This document shows, one piece after another, positions 13,891-26,809 of a stretch of DNA of 64,000 nt. Source of the DNA: Camelus ferus. Its lineage: Eukaryota. The notes beneath the pieces are model-generated. The model did not search any database. It was not told the origin of the DNA and saw nothing but the letters and a program-made list of their open reading frames with translations. Position 1 is the first letter of the stretch; each line of letters starts with the position of its first letter. The stretch lies in the NCBI RefSeq assembly GCF_009834535.1, contig NC_045696.1, positions 34,536,001-34,600,000 on the forward strand. Direction: 5' to 3'. Position numbers and translations under genes: made by a program.

Positions 13891-15550
13891 GTTTTTTTTT
13901 TTTTTAACTTTTTTTTATTGAGTTATAGTCATTTTACAATGTTGTGTCAAATTCCAGTGAAGAGCACAATTTTTCAGTTATACATGAACATACATATATT
14001 CATTGTCGCATTCTTTTTTGCTATGAGCTGCCACAAGATCTTGTATATATTTCCCTGTGCTATACAGTATAATCTTGTTTATCTATTCTGCATATGTCTG
14101 TCAGTATCTATACATTTTGAACTCCCAGTCTGACCCTCCCCGCCCCCCCCCCTTGGCAACCACAAGTTTGTATTCTTTGTCTATGAGTCTGTTTCTGTTT
14201 TGTATTTATGTTCTTTTTTTTTTTTTTTTTTTTTTTTAGATTCCACATATGAGCAATCTCATATGATATTTTTCTTTCTCTTTCTGGCTTACTTCACTTA
14301 GAATGACATTCTCCAGGGACATCCATGTTGCTGCAAATGGCATTGTTGTTTTTTATGGCTGAATAATATTCCATTGTATGAATATACCACATCTTCTTTA
14401 TCCAGTTATCTGTTGTTGGACGTTTAGTCTGTTTCCATGTCTTTGCTATTGTGAATAGTGCTGCTATGAACATTGGGGTGCAGGTGTCTTTTTGAAGTAG
14501 AGTTCCTTCTGGATATATGCCCAGGAGCAGGATTACTGGGTCATATGGTAAGTCTATTCCTAGTCTTTTTTGAGGAATCTCCATACTGTATTCCACAGTG
14601 GCTGCACCAAACTGCATTCCCACCAGCAATGTAGGAGGGTTCCCTTTTCTCCACAGCCTCTCCAGCATTTGTCATTTGTGGACTTTTGAATGATGGCCAT
14701 TCTGACTGGTGTGAGGTGATACCTCGTTGTAGTTTTGATTTGCATTTCTCTGATAATTAGTGATATGGAGCATTTTTTCATGTGCCTATTGAGCATTTGT
14801 ATTTCTTCCTTGGAAATTGCTTGTTTAGGTCTTCTGCCCATTTTTGGATTGGGTTGTTTGTTTTTTCCTTATTAAGTCATATGAGCTGCTTGTATATTCT
14901 GGAGATCAAGCCTTTGTTGGTTTCAGCCTTTGCAAAAATTTTCTCCCATTCTGTAGGTTGTTGTTTTGTTTTACTTATGGTTTCCTTTGCTGTGCAGAAG
15001 CTTCTAAGTTTCATTAGGTCCCATTTGTTTATTCTTGCTTTTATTTCTATTGCTTGGGAGACTGCCCTAGGAGAACATTTTTGAGATGTATGTCAGATAA
15101 TGTTTTGCCTATGTTTTCCTCTAGGAGGTTTATTATATCTTGTCTTATCTTTAAGTCTTTGATCCATTTTGAGTTGATTTTTGTGTATGGTGTAAGGGAG
15201 TGTTCTAGCTTCATTGCTTTACATGCTGCTGTCCAGTTTTCCCAACACCATTTGCTGAAGAGACTGTCTTTATTCCAATGTATATTCTTGCCTCCTTTGT
15301 CAAAGATGAGTTGACCAAAAGTTTGTGGGTTCATGTCTGGGCTCTCTGTTCTGTTCCATTGGTCTATATGTCTGTTTTTGTACCAATACCATGCTGTCTT
15401 GATTACTGTAGCTCTATAGTATTGTCTGAAATCTGGGAGAGTTGTTCCTCCAGCCTCTTTCTTTTTCTTCAGTAATGTTTTGGCAATTCTAGTTCTTTTG
15501 TGGTTCCATATAAATTTTGTTGTGATTTGTTCTAGTTCTGTAAAGAAACT
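13891..15550 (-). mobile_element. Relatively young 5'-truncated LINE-1 (about 1.65 kb)
   Basis: Long poly-T at 13892-13916. TSD ggagtgtt (13883-13890 and 15551-15558). ORFs 15047..15334, 14560..14841 and 14294..14668 are frameshifted ORF2 C-terminal pieces ([45 protein letters not shown]). Confidence 0.95.
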
Positions 15551-17699
15551 GGAGTGTTTTTATTCATACCTGAGTGTTTTTAAAAATTTTATGGAAATAA
15601 ATAGTCATGTAGAGAATTGTTGTAAATTAACTGATTATAATTTTACCAGGTTGACTCTCCTTGTTCGCTGTATTTTTTAAAGAAGTGAAGATTTTGCCAT
15701 GTGTATATATGTGTTTGCATTTAAAAGGACCTCAAATTAATTCCCTTTTATAGATAAGAATGCTGAGGCCTGAGAAGTTAGGAAATTTTTGCAAATCTGA
15801 GTTAAGTTCTGTTTATTTTTCCTATTGTTTTCCTGTTTTAAATTGGTTAAACACTGATTCCTAAAAGTTTTCCAGGTAGAACAAAGCAAAAAACCTGAAA
15901 CTAAGTGGACATTCAGGCAAAGAACATAGGCTTCACCCATTTTACATAAAATGAAAGCAAACTTTAATGCTGCCTTTCTAGCCTCCTTTAAGCCCAGCAA
16001 AAAGTAAGTGTTCATATATTTTAGCATTCCACATAGGGTTCAGTGATGGACAGTAGTAATTTGCCTGGCAGCCACTAGGTCCACAAGGATTCACATGGTC
16101 GACTGGAGGAGGGAACTGGTTCTGCTAGTAGCATTTAGTATATGCAGTGGTAAACACTGAAGGTGTATACCTAATATGCCAAGTTGCATAGGGAGAGAAG
16201 ACCGAAAAGCCTTCTCTTTCATGGAACAAACTGGGTTTAATCACTCTCTTATTTAGAGTGGCTGGGTAGTCACGGCTACACGTATAATGACACATCAGTG
16301 ACCCTTTCTCATTATGTTGCAGAATTACACCATATTTCAAACATAGCATTGATGCATAACTTCAGTCTCCACTGTATTATAATCATGTTTTTTTGGTTGC
16401 ATTTATAACTTAAGTTTAGGCTTCAACTAATTTAGAAAACAGCCTAGAAATCAAAGGAAGAAAGGCTAATTACAAAGGGCCATTTTTTTTTCCTGATGTG
16501 GCTAGTCCCCAATCAGTATTATCATTTCTCTACAACATGTAACGCTCTTACTACTTTTTGACTCTTCAGTTTTTTTGACCAACATTTATTCAAAATCTTC
16601 TCCAATTTTGCATCCATTATTGTTGCTAGTCATTTGTGAAAGGTGAACTTCATTTATAGAGAAATGGAGGCTATCTAGCTTTGTATTTCTTTGTTTTCTC
16701 TCTCTGAAGAAGAGATATATTTCTTTTTTGAGTAATTGGGAGGTTTCAATTACATTCCCTCAATACTGTTTTGTTTTTCTTTACTATTACATTAGAATAT
16801 GTTGTTTTCAGGACTTGAATTTAAAGTCAAATTAGACATACCTATGTGCATTTATTTATATTGGCCGTGTTTAGAAACTCAGCATTTCATTTGCTAGTTG
16901 TGAACTGGCATCTTTTCCCTCATAATTTTCATCACTCCTTTTGTTAAGTTTGGAATGAAGCAGTTGAGACTAGAGTCATTTTAAAGGCAGAGAGATAGAG
17001 GGATTATTTACTGGTATATTTGTGTTGGCAGAGATGAAAAGTGATTGGGTGATAACTAATCTGTTATCACTCATAGTACACATGAGAAATCTAGAAGGAT
17101 GTATGTGCATAGCTTTAAAAAATGGCGTTTATTTTTTACTGATATAACTAAAGGAAGGAAAACTTGGTAATTGCCTTTGTCACTGTGGATACACCAAAAC
17201 TAGAGTGAAGAAGCAGTAGACTACTCTTTTTTTTTTTTTTTCCATTTTCAATTCACTGAGCATTTGTTGAGCATTCAGTGTTTGGCAGCATACAAGGGCA
17301 GAGAAGTGAATGCCTTGACCCATGACCTAGGGCTTAACTAAAAGTTTGAGACCAGAGAAAGCTGTTACAAACAAAGTCATCATAAATGAGTTAGCATTAT
17401 GTGGCCCTACTGTGGGGCCAGGCATCATTTACTTGTCTAAGGAACCTTGCCGAGAGGTATAGTCTTTTCTTTTTTCCTTAAATGTCCTTTTATTTTTTTT
17501 TCATTTTTCAGTTTTATTAGGTAAAATTGTTACAGTTTAACTTCACATATACAATATATTGCATGTGAATACATATACACAATATACTGCACATATTTTT
17601 TAAAATTTACACACATGTACTAAGAACATTGTTTCTAAGAACATTTAGAGCTTTAGCTTTTTAAACTCACATAGCTATCAAAGGAATAAAGCCAACCAC

Positions 17700-18225
17700 A
17701 AAATAAAAATTCATTCAAAAAGATACATACACCCCACCATTAACAGTAACATTATTTATAATTGCCAAGATATGGAAGCATCGTAAGTGCACATCAATAG
17801 ATGAATGGATAAAGAAGATGAAGCATATATATGTAATGGAGTACAACCATAAGAAGGGTATTTTGCCATCTGTGGCCCTTCATTCACTTTTTTTTTTTTT
17901 TCCACTTCAAAACCCAGAATTTTATAAGTGGCATAAACATTTCCATTGCATCAAAAACAACAAAATACCTAGAAATAAAGTTAACCAAGGAGGTTACCTA
18001 TACTCTGAAAACTGTAAAACACTGATGAAGAAAATTGAAGATGATGCAAAGAAATGGAAAGATATCTTGTGCTCTTGGATTGGAATAATCAACATTATCA
18101 AAATGGCCATACTACCCAATGCAACCCCTGTCAAAATACTCAAGACATGCTTCACAGAACTAGAACAAACAATTCCAAAATTTATATGGAACTGTAAAAG
18201 ACCCCAAACTGCCAAAGCAATCTTT
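17700..18225 (+). mobile_element. LINE-1 ORF2 fragments
   Basis: ORF 17818..18282 contains KWKDILCSWIGIINIIKMAILP and FTELEQTIPKFIWN. Confidence 0.85.
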
Positions 18226-18229
18226 TGTA

Positions 18230-19735
18230 GGTCTTTTTTTTTTTTTCCTTCCTTCTTTTTGTTCTGTTTTCTTATGATTTGATAACTAGAGAAGTTCCTT
18301 TAACATTTGTTGTAAAACTGGTTTGGTAGTGCTGAATTCTTTTAACTTTTGTTTATCTGTGAAGCTTTTGATTTCTCCATCAAATCTGAATGAGAGCCTT
18401 GCTGGATAGAGTGTTCTTGGTTGTAAGTTTCCCCGTTACATCACTTTAAATATATTTTCCCACTCCCTTGTGGCCTGTAGAGTTTTTGCTGAAAAATCAG
18501 CTGATAACCTTATGAGAGTTCTCTTGTGTGTTATTTGTTTCTTTTCTCTTGCTGATTTTAATATTTTCTCCTTATCCTTAATTTTTGTCTGTTTGATTAT
18601 TATGTACCTTGGTGTGTTTCTCTTTGGGTTGATCCTGTGTGGGACTCTCTGCATTTCCTGGAGTTGGGTAACTGTTTCCTTTCCCATGTTAGGGAAGTTT
18701 TTGGTTATTATCTCTCCAAAATTTTTCTCAGGTTCTTTATCTCTCTCTTCTCTTTCTCTTTCTGGGACTCCTATAATGCGAACATTAGTGCACTTCATAT
18801 TGTCCCAGAGTTCTCTTAAATTATCCTCATTTCTTTTCATTCTTTTTTCTTTTTTCTGTTCTGCAGTAGTGATTTCCACTGGTCTGTCTTCTAGCTCATA
18901 GATCTGTTCTTCTGCCTCATTTAACCTATTCTTAGTTCCTTCTGGTGTGTTATACATTTCAGTGATTTTATTCTGCAACTCTGGGTATTCTTTATATTTT
19001 CCAACTCTTGCTAAAAACTTGGCTCTGTGCATCTATACTCCTCTTGAGTTCTCTGAACATCTTCACCATCTTTACTTTAAACTCTTTCTCAGATAAATTA
19101 CCTATTTCCTCATCACTTATTTCTTCTTCTGGGATTTTATATTGTGCCTTGGTGTGGGAGATACTTCTCTGCTGCCTCATATTGTCTGTCTTTCTATTTA
19201 TATTTTTAGGTAGGTTAGTTAACGTTTCTTGACCTTGGAGAGGTGGCCCTCTGTGGGAGACGTCCTATGCGTCCCAGCAGTATACTCCTTTCATTACCCA
19301 AGGGCCAGGGTCCAGCTGGTCCCAGTGTAGAGTCTGGTCTGTGTTTGTAGATTCCTTCCACAGGCTTTGGGATTGTTGTTTTCTTATTTCTGGTATCTGC
19401 CCCTGGTGGATGAGGCTGGACTAGAGGCTTATGCAGGTTTCCTGGCAGGAGGAGCCGGTGCTTGCTCACTGCTGGGTGAAGCTTGGTCCTGGACCTCTGG
19501 TGGTTAGGGCTGTGTCTAGAGGTGTTTGTGGCTTAGGAGAGCTGCTCATGGGTGGGGCTTTGTTCCTACCCAGTATGTTGTTTTGCCTGAGGCTTCTCTG
19601 CAGGCTGTTGGGGGTGGGGCTAGATCTTGGTGCTAATGATCCAATCAAGATGTCAGCCTCCAGGAAAGCTCATGTAGATGAACCTCCCAGAATGTCCGCC
19701 ACCAGCTTTTATGTCCCCTGTGTGAGCTGCAGTAG
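18230..19735 (-). mobile_element. LINE-1 5' UTR and ORF1 (frameshifted)
   Basis: ORFs 18992..19180 and 18436..19032 encode ORF1p coiled-coil/RRM/CTD motifs (LRELWDNMKCTNVRIIGVPE, TPRYIIIK, IRLSADFS). Confidence 0.93.
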
Positions 19736-20225
19736 AATATCCCCTGGGTGGGCAACCCACAAACTAAGGAATAATTGGGTCACAGAGCCCCCCCCCCCCC
19801 CCGGCAAGAATGAGAGTTCTGGGCCCCATGTTGGGCTTTCCAGCCCGGGGTTCTGGCATTGGGAAGAGGTGGAGACCCCAGGACATCTGGTTCTGAAGGC
19901 CAGCAGGGCTTGGCTCCAGGAACCCCACAGGACTGGGGGAAACAGAGACTTCATTCTATTGGGAAGTGTACACAGAATCTCACGTGTGCCAGGTCCAAGG
20001 GCAGAGGCAGTGATTTCATAGGAACCTGGGCCAGGCCTGCCTGCTGGTTTTGGAAGGTCTCCTGGGAACAGAGGACGGCTGTGGAATGTTCATAGCAATA
20101 AATACCTACATCAAGAAATAAAGGAGATCTCAAATAGCCTAACTTTATACCCCAAGGAATCAGAACAAGAACAACAAACAAAACCCAAAGCTAGTAGAAG
20201 GAAGGAAAGATCAAAGGTCAGAATA

Positions 20226-22581
20226 CATCAACAAAAGAAAGGACAAAAATCACATGATCAACTCAGTAGATGCAGAAAAAGCATTTGATAAAATTCAACT
20301 CCCATTTATGATAAAAACTCTTAGAAAAGTGGGTATAGAGAACATATTTCAACATAGTAAAAGCTATTTATTAAACCCACAGCCAACATAATACTCAGTG
20401 ATGAAAAGTTGAAAGTCTTCCCACTAAAATCTGGAACAAGAGGATGCCCACTCTCACCACTTCTATTCAACCTAGTATTGAAAGTTCTAGCCATACTAAT
20501 CAGACAAGAAAAAGAAATAAAAGGGATCCAGATTGAAAGAGAATAGGTAAAATTGTTACTATATGCAGATGACGTGATACTATATATAGAAAACCCTAAA
20601 GACTCCACACAAAAACTACTAGTGCTGATAAATACAGCAGGGTAGCAGGAAACAAGATTAACATACAGAAATCTGTTGTGTTTCTTTACACTAGCAATGA
20701 GATATCAGAAAAGGAAAATTTAAAAAAAAATCCCTTTCAAAATTGCATCAAAAAATATAAAATACTTGGGAGTAAACCTGACCAACAAGGTAGGTGAAAG
20801 ACTTATATACAGAGAACTATAAAACATTGATTAAGGAAATTAAAGATGAGTTTTAAAAAATGGAATGATATCCCATGCTTTTGGAATGGAAGAATTAGTA
20901 TTGTTAAAATGGCCATACCACCCAAAGCAATCTAGATTTAATGCAATCCCTATCAAATTATCCAGGAGATTTTTCACAGAACTAGAACAAATAATCCTAA
21001 AATTCATATGGAATCACAAAAGAACTAGAATTGCCAAAGCAATACTGAAGAACAAGAACAAAGCTGAAGGAATAACTCTCCCAGTCTTCAGACAATACTA
21101 CAAAGCTACAGAAATCAAAACAGTGTGGTATTAGCATAAAAACAGACAGATCAGTGGAATAGAATAGAAAACCCCAAAATAAACCCACACACCTCACCTA
21201 CAGTCAGTTAATCTTTGACAAAGAAAGCAAGAATATACAGTGGAGAAGACAGCCTCTTCAACAAGTGGTGTTGGGAAAATGGACAGCTGCATGTAGATCA
21301 GTGAAATTCAAACACCCTTGCACACCATACACAAAAATAAACTCAAAATGGCTTAAAGACTAAGACAAGACACCATAAACCTCCTAGGAGAGAACACACG
21401 CAAAACATTCTCTGATATAAATTGTAGTAACATTGTCCTGGGGCAGTCTATGGAGGCAATAGAAATTAAAAACAAAACAAAACAAAACAAATGGGACCTA
21501 ATTAAACTTATAAGCTTTTGCACAGCAAAGGAAACAATAAATAAAATGAAAAGACAACCTATAGAATAGGAGGAAATAATTGCAGATGATGCAGCTGACA
21601 AAGGCTTAATTTCCAGTTTCCAAACAGCTCATATAACTCAATAACAAAAAAACAAACAACCCAATCCAAAAAAGGGCAGAAGATCTAAACAAACATTTCT
21701 CCAGTGAAGACATACAAATGGCCAATAGGCATGTGGAAAAAATGCTCAGTGTCGCTAATTTTCAGAGACGTGCAAATCAAAATTACAATGAGGTATCACC
21801 TCACACCCTTCAGAATGACCATCATGAAGAAATCCACAAACAATAAATGCTGGAGAGGGTGTGGAGAAAGGGAACCCTCGTACACTGTTGGTGGGAATGT
21901 AAATTGGTGCAGTCACGATGGAAAACAGTAGAGAGGTTCCTTAAAAAACTAAAAACAGAGGTACCATATGATCCAGCAATCCCACTCCTGGACATATATC
22001 TGGAGGAAACTCTAATTTGAAAAGATACATGCACCCCAATGTTCATAGCACTATTTACAATAGCCAAGACAGGGAAGCAACTGAAATGTCCATTGACAGA
22101 TGAATGGATAAAGAAGCTGTGTTATGTATATATAATGGAATATTACTCAGCCATAAAATGAATAAAACAGTGCCATTTGCAGCAATATGGATGGACCTGG
22201 TGATTGTCCCACTAAGTGATGTAAGCCAGAAAGAGAAAGAAAAATACCATATGATATCACTTATATGTGGAATCAAAAAAAAAAAAAAACCCAAAAAAGA
22301 CATAAATGAAATTATTTACAAAACAGACTCACATAGGAAAAAAAAAGTATGGTTACCAGTGGGGGAAGGAGGTGGGAAGGGATAAATTGGGAGTTCCGGA
22401 TTTGCAGATACTATTATATATAAAACTGATAAGCAACAAGGTCCTATTGTATAGCACAGGGAACTATATTCAATACCTAGTCATGGCCTATAACAAAAAA
22501 AAAAAAAGAATAGGAATATATGTATGTGTGTGTATATGTGTTTGTGTGTGTGTGTTTGTGTTTGTATGTGAAAAAAAATAA
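20226..22581 (+). mobile_element. Younger 5'-truncated LINE-1 nested in the older L1
   Basis: RT-region sequence (ctatatgcagatgacgtgatac = YADD) through the 3' UTR and A/TG-rich tail. TSD tcagaata (20218-20225 and 22582-22589). Confidence 0.88.
22517..22570. repeat. Imperfect (TG)n microsatellite in an L1 tail
   Basis: tatatgtatgtgtgtgtatatgtgtttgtgtgtgtgtgtttgtg. Confidence 0.85.
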
Positions 22582-22788
22582 TCAGAATAGAACTAAATGA
22601 AATAGAAACTAAAAACACAATAAAAAAAAGATTGATGAAACTAAGAAGTGGTTCTTTGAGAAGATAAACAGAATTGACAAACCTTTAGGTAGACTCACCA
22701 AGAAAAAAAGAGATGTCTCAAGTAAAACCAGAAATGAAAGAAATGCTATAGCTGATTCCACAGGGAAAAAAAGGATCAGCATAGACTA

Positions 22789-23116
22789 CCATTGTCACTT
22801 AATATCCGTTAAGGCTTGGTTCTAGAACTTCCTCATGGATACCAAATCCACGATGGATGCTCAAGTCCCTTATATAAAATGGCGTAGTATCTGCATGTAA
22901 ACCTAAGCACATTCTCTCATATACTTTAAATCACCCCGACATTACTTGTAGTATCTAATACAATGTAAATGCTGTGTAAATAATTGCCAGTGCTTAGCAA
23001 ATTCAAAGTTTGCTTTCTGGAACCTTCAGGAATTTTTTTTTTTCCCAAATATTTTCCATCTGTGGTGGATTGTATTCATGGATGCAGAACCTGTGGATAC
23101 TATGTAGAAGGACTGT
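22789..23116. mobile_element. MER2-family Tigger MITE within L1 ORF2
   Basis: Reverse-complement-like relative of 5971-6281 (ggataccaaatcc, atgctcaagtcccttatataaaatggcgtagta). Confidence 0.8.
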
Positions 23117-23665
23117 ACTATGAAGAATTATACGCCAGTAAATTGAACAATCAAGAAGAAATGGATAAATTCCTTTAAACATACTGCTTACCAAGACTGA
23201 ATCATGACGAAACAGAAAATCTGAACAGTTAAATTACTCTTAAGGAGATTGAATCAGTAATCAAAAACCTCTCAATAAGCAAAAATCCAGTACCAGAGAG
23301 CTTTACTGGTGAATTCTATCATACATTCAAAGAATTAATACCAGTCCTTCTCAGACTCTTCTAAAAAATAGAAGAGAAAGGAACACTTTCAAGCTCATTC
23401 TTTGAGGCCAGTGTTACCTTAATACCAAAAGCAGACAAGGACATCACAAAAGGAAATTACAGGTCAATGTCCCTAATGAACATAGATGCAAAAACCCTTA
23501 GCCAAATATTAGCAAACTGAATGCAACAATACATTAAATTTTTGTCAGAAATAGAACTAACAATTCTGAAAATTTGTATCAAACCACAAAAGACCCCAAA
23601 CAGGCAACTCAGTCTTGAGAAGGAAGAATAAAGATGGAGGTATCATCCTTCCTAATTTCACACTA

Positions 23666-23890
23666 CAGTTGACCCTTGAAAAATGTGGGGGCTAGGGACA
23701 CCAACTCTCCCACCTCCTGTGCAGTTGAAAATCTGTATGTAAGTTTATAGTCAGCCCTTGTATCTGCAGTTCCACATCCACAGCTTCAACCAACTGAAGA
23801 TTGTGTAGTACACTAATATGTATTTAGGGAAAAAATCCAGGTGTAAGTGGGCCCGTGCAGTTCTAACTCATGTTGTTCAAGGATCAACTG
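23666..23890. mobile_element. Tigger2-derived MITE (MER8/Tigger2a-like)
   Basis: TIRs cagttgacccttgaa...ttcaaggatcaactg with TA target duplication (23664-23665 and 23891-23892). Confidence 0.88.
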
Positions 23891-25789
23891 TATATTACAG
23901 ACCACAGCAATCAAAACAGTATAGTAGTGACATAAAGACAGACACATAGATCACTGAACAGAATAGAGAGCCCAGAAATAAACCAGCATATATAGTCAAT
24001 TAATTTATGACACAGAAGCCAAGAATATACAATGGGGAATGGACAGTCTCCTCAATAAATGGTGTTAGGAAAACTGGATGGCCAAATGGATAAGAATGAA
24101 ACTGGACCGCAGTCTCACACCATACACAAAAATCAACTAAAAATGGATTAAAGAATTTTAGACCTGAAACTATAAAACTCCTTGAAGAAAACATAGGTGG
24201 TAAACTTGACATTGGTCTTGGTGATAAATTTTTGAATTTGACACCAAAAGCAAATGAAGCAAAAGGAAAAATCAACATGTGGGTCTACATCAAACTAAAA
24301 AGCTTCTGTAAAAATCAATAAAATGAAAAGCAACTTTACTGAATGAGGAAATAATTGTGGATTATTTGTCTGATAAGATGTTAATATCCAAAATATATAA
24401 AGAACTCATACAACTCAATAACAACAACAAAAAAATCAAATAAAGATGGGCAGATCTGAATAGACAATTTTGCAAAGAAGACATACAGATGGCCAACAGA
24501 TAGATGAAAATGTGTTCAGCATCACTAATCATTAGGGAAATGCAAATCAAAACCACAGTGAGGTATAACCTCACCTGTTAGAATGACTATTATTTAAAAA
24601 ATCAGGAAATAGTAAGCATTGCAAGAATGTGGAGAAAAGGGAATACTTGTATGCTGTTTTGGGGAACGTAAATTGATGCAGCCAGTATGGGAAATACTGT
24701 GGAAGTTCCTCAAAAACTTAAAAATAGAGCTATCATATGATCTAGCAATTCCTCTTCTGCTTATTTATATGAAGGAAACAAAAATACTAGCTCAAAAAGA
24801 TGTCATCATCTCTATGTTCATTGCTTCATTATTTATAATAGCCAAGATATGGAGGCAACCTAAATAAATGTCCATTGATAGATGAAAGGATAGGGAGATA
24901 TGATGTGTATGTGATATTTGTGTGTGTGTGTAACTATTATCAGCCATAAAAAAGAGTGGAATTTTGCCACCTGCAACAACATAGATGGATTTTGAGGGTA
25001 TTATGCTAAGTGACATAAGTCAGAGGAAGTCAGTTACCCTAGTGATCTTAGTTATATGTGGAATCTAAAAGAGAACAAAACAAAACTGAACTCATAGATA
25101 CAGAGAAGGGATTGGTGGTTGTCATAGGTGGGGGTTGGGGGTGTGCTAAATGGGTAAATGTGGTTAAAATGTACAAACTTCTAGTTATAAATAGGTCATT
25201 GGATGTATATGTAGTGTGGTGATTGTAGTTATTAATACTGTATTGTAAATTTGAAAGTTGCTGAGTAGATCTTGAAAGTTCTTATCATAGGGAAAAAAAT
25301 TTGTGACTGTGTGGTGATGGATGGATAACTAGATTTGTTGTGGTCATTTTGTAATAAATGCAAGTATCAAATCATTACATTGTACACCTGAAACTAATAT
25401 AATGTTATATGTAAATTATACCTTAATTTAAAAAATTTCCAGGATGAAGGCACCAACAGAAACTTATATTTTAAAAATATTTAATAAAAATAAATGTGAC
25501 TCATCATGGCTGTAGCCTATTGGTTATATTTTTCTTAAGCCATGGACTTTTGAAAAAGTTTTCTATTCTAATTTTTAAACTAGAGGGATAGAATATAATT
25601 TCCTGCTGGCCTTATAGGGAATAATCACAAATTTATTTCCTTTTTTTATTTTCTTTTTGGTTATGTTAGGTTTATAGGTTAAGTTTATGTGTTATAGATA
25701 AGATTTATAGTTTATTTAAATCAAGATCTAGACATTTGTAAGTCATCCTAAATAATTCGGTAGAGGGAATTTAAGTTGATTCGTAGAAC

Positions 25790-26130
25790 CAGTTTTCATA
25801 GTTGTTAGAAGATCTGAGAGAATAGACCAAGGGGTGGGTGGTGAAACTAATATAGAGGCTGTAGTTAAGTTGCTGTTAGCTGTTAGCTGGGACTGGAAGG
25901 ATGAAGAAATGAGGATAAAAGGCTCAAACTCAGAGAATGGAGATGGTTGATGAGAGGAAGAAGTACTGACCTGTGTGAGACAAGACCTTGGAAGAGATAT
26001 AATTACTGCTAAAGAAGATCCAGAAGAAGGGCAGGGGAAGAAGACCTCTCATTGCTCCCTTCCTCTTAACTTTCCATTCTCCACCATTGCCTCCCTTGGC
26101 CAGAGCTAACCATTAGCCAGTTGGCTTCTG
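25790..26130 (-). mobile_element. Old ERVL-type LTR fragment (LTR33/16-like)
   Basis: cctcccttggccagagctaaccattagccagttggc motif. Heavily diverged. Confidence 0.4.
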
Positions 26131-26152
26131 CATAATTGACAGAGACCTCTGG

Positions 26153-26626
26153 GTTTTTTTCTTTTTCTTTTCTCCCTCAGTTTGGGTAATAAAAATTTAT
26201 TGAGAAGTCCTGGTATGGTGGTTACTGCCTCTCAGCCTCAAGAGAGGAAGCAACACTGTAGAAAACCACTGAAAAATCACACACTATCCCAACACCTTTG
26301 GCCTTCATAGTGAGGAGGAAGGTCATTCCCCTGAAAGTGGGTCAGTCTTCATTCATCCAAGAATGATTTGGAGGGCAGGAGCAGAGGGGACCATCACACT
26401 ATAGTGGGAGCAGGGTGGTGTTTGCTGACCCAAAGCTGGCTTCTCACATACCAAGGGAGGAAAAGATTTGTTTCTTCTCCGGGGGCAGGGTTCTTGGTCA
26501 CCAGGCTCAATTCTTTCCCTTTATAAGGCTGTCATTTTCCTGGGTGAAATTTTTATCCTGTATGTCCAACACAAGTTGTCAGCTGTGACAGATAAGATTC
26601 TGCAGTGTGCTGATCATCTTGGAGGT
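26153..26626 (-). pseudogene. Processed (retroposed) copy of an unidentified polyadenylated transcript
   Basis: Perfect 13-bp TSD cagagacctctgg (26140-26152 and 26627-26639). Degenerate T-run at about 26154-26171 is the minus-strand poly(A). Minus-strand AATAAA at 26196-26201. Confidence 0.8.
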
Positions 26627-26809
26627 CAGAGACCTCTGGTTTTAGAAGATAATCCGCTGATTATTGAATATTTGACTGAGAGGTTTTTTTTATCCTCAGT
26701 ACTTTAAAAGGTGTCCATCTACTCTTCTGGCTTGTGTTTTGTTTCTTTGTTTTTGTTTTTTTCTGTTAAAAATTTTTGTCTCACTGTATCTAATAGACAC
26801 CCTGCAACA

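Larger units (their letters stand above)
20090..25435 (+). mobile_element. Older LINE-1 (L1MA-type) ORF2 and 3' UTR, interrupted by a younger L1 and two MITEs
   Basis: ORF2 runs 20090-20225 and resumes at 22582 in register, has an internal deletion near 23540, and ends in tgtacacctgaaactaatataatg...aatttaaaaaa. Confidence 0.85.

Noticed and set aside
16040..16165. Possible intronic C/D box snoRNA (gtgatgg...ctga)
   Set aside because: The C box is imperfect, there is no terminal stem outside the boxes, and I saw no recognisable rRNA antisense element.
18436..19032. 198-aa ORF, the longest in the track, as a novel or domesticated gene
   Set aside because: It is L1 ORF1p, frameshifted relative to its N-terminus (18992..19180) and prematurely stopped.
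19431..20021. 196-aa + strand ORF
   Set aside because: It spans the junction of two oppositely oriented GC-rich L1 5' UTR pieces and a C-homopolymer. It has no recognisable domain and is best explained as a chance ORF.
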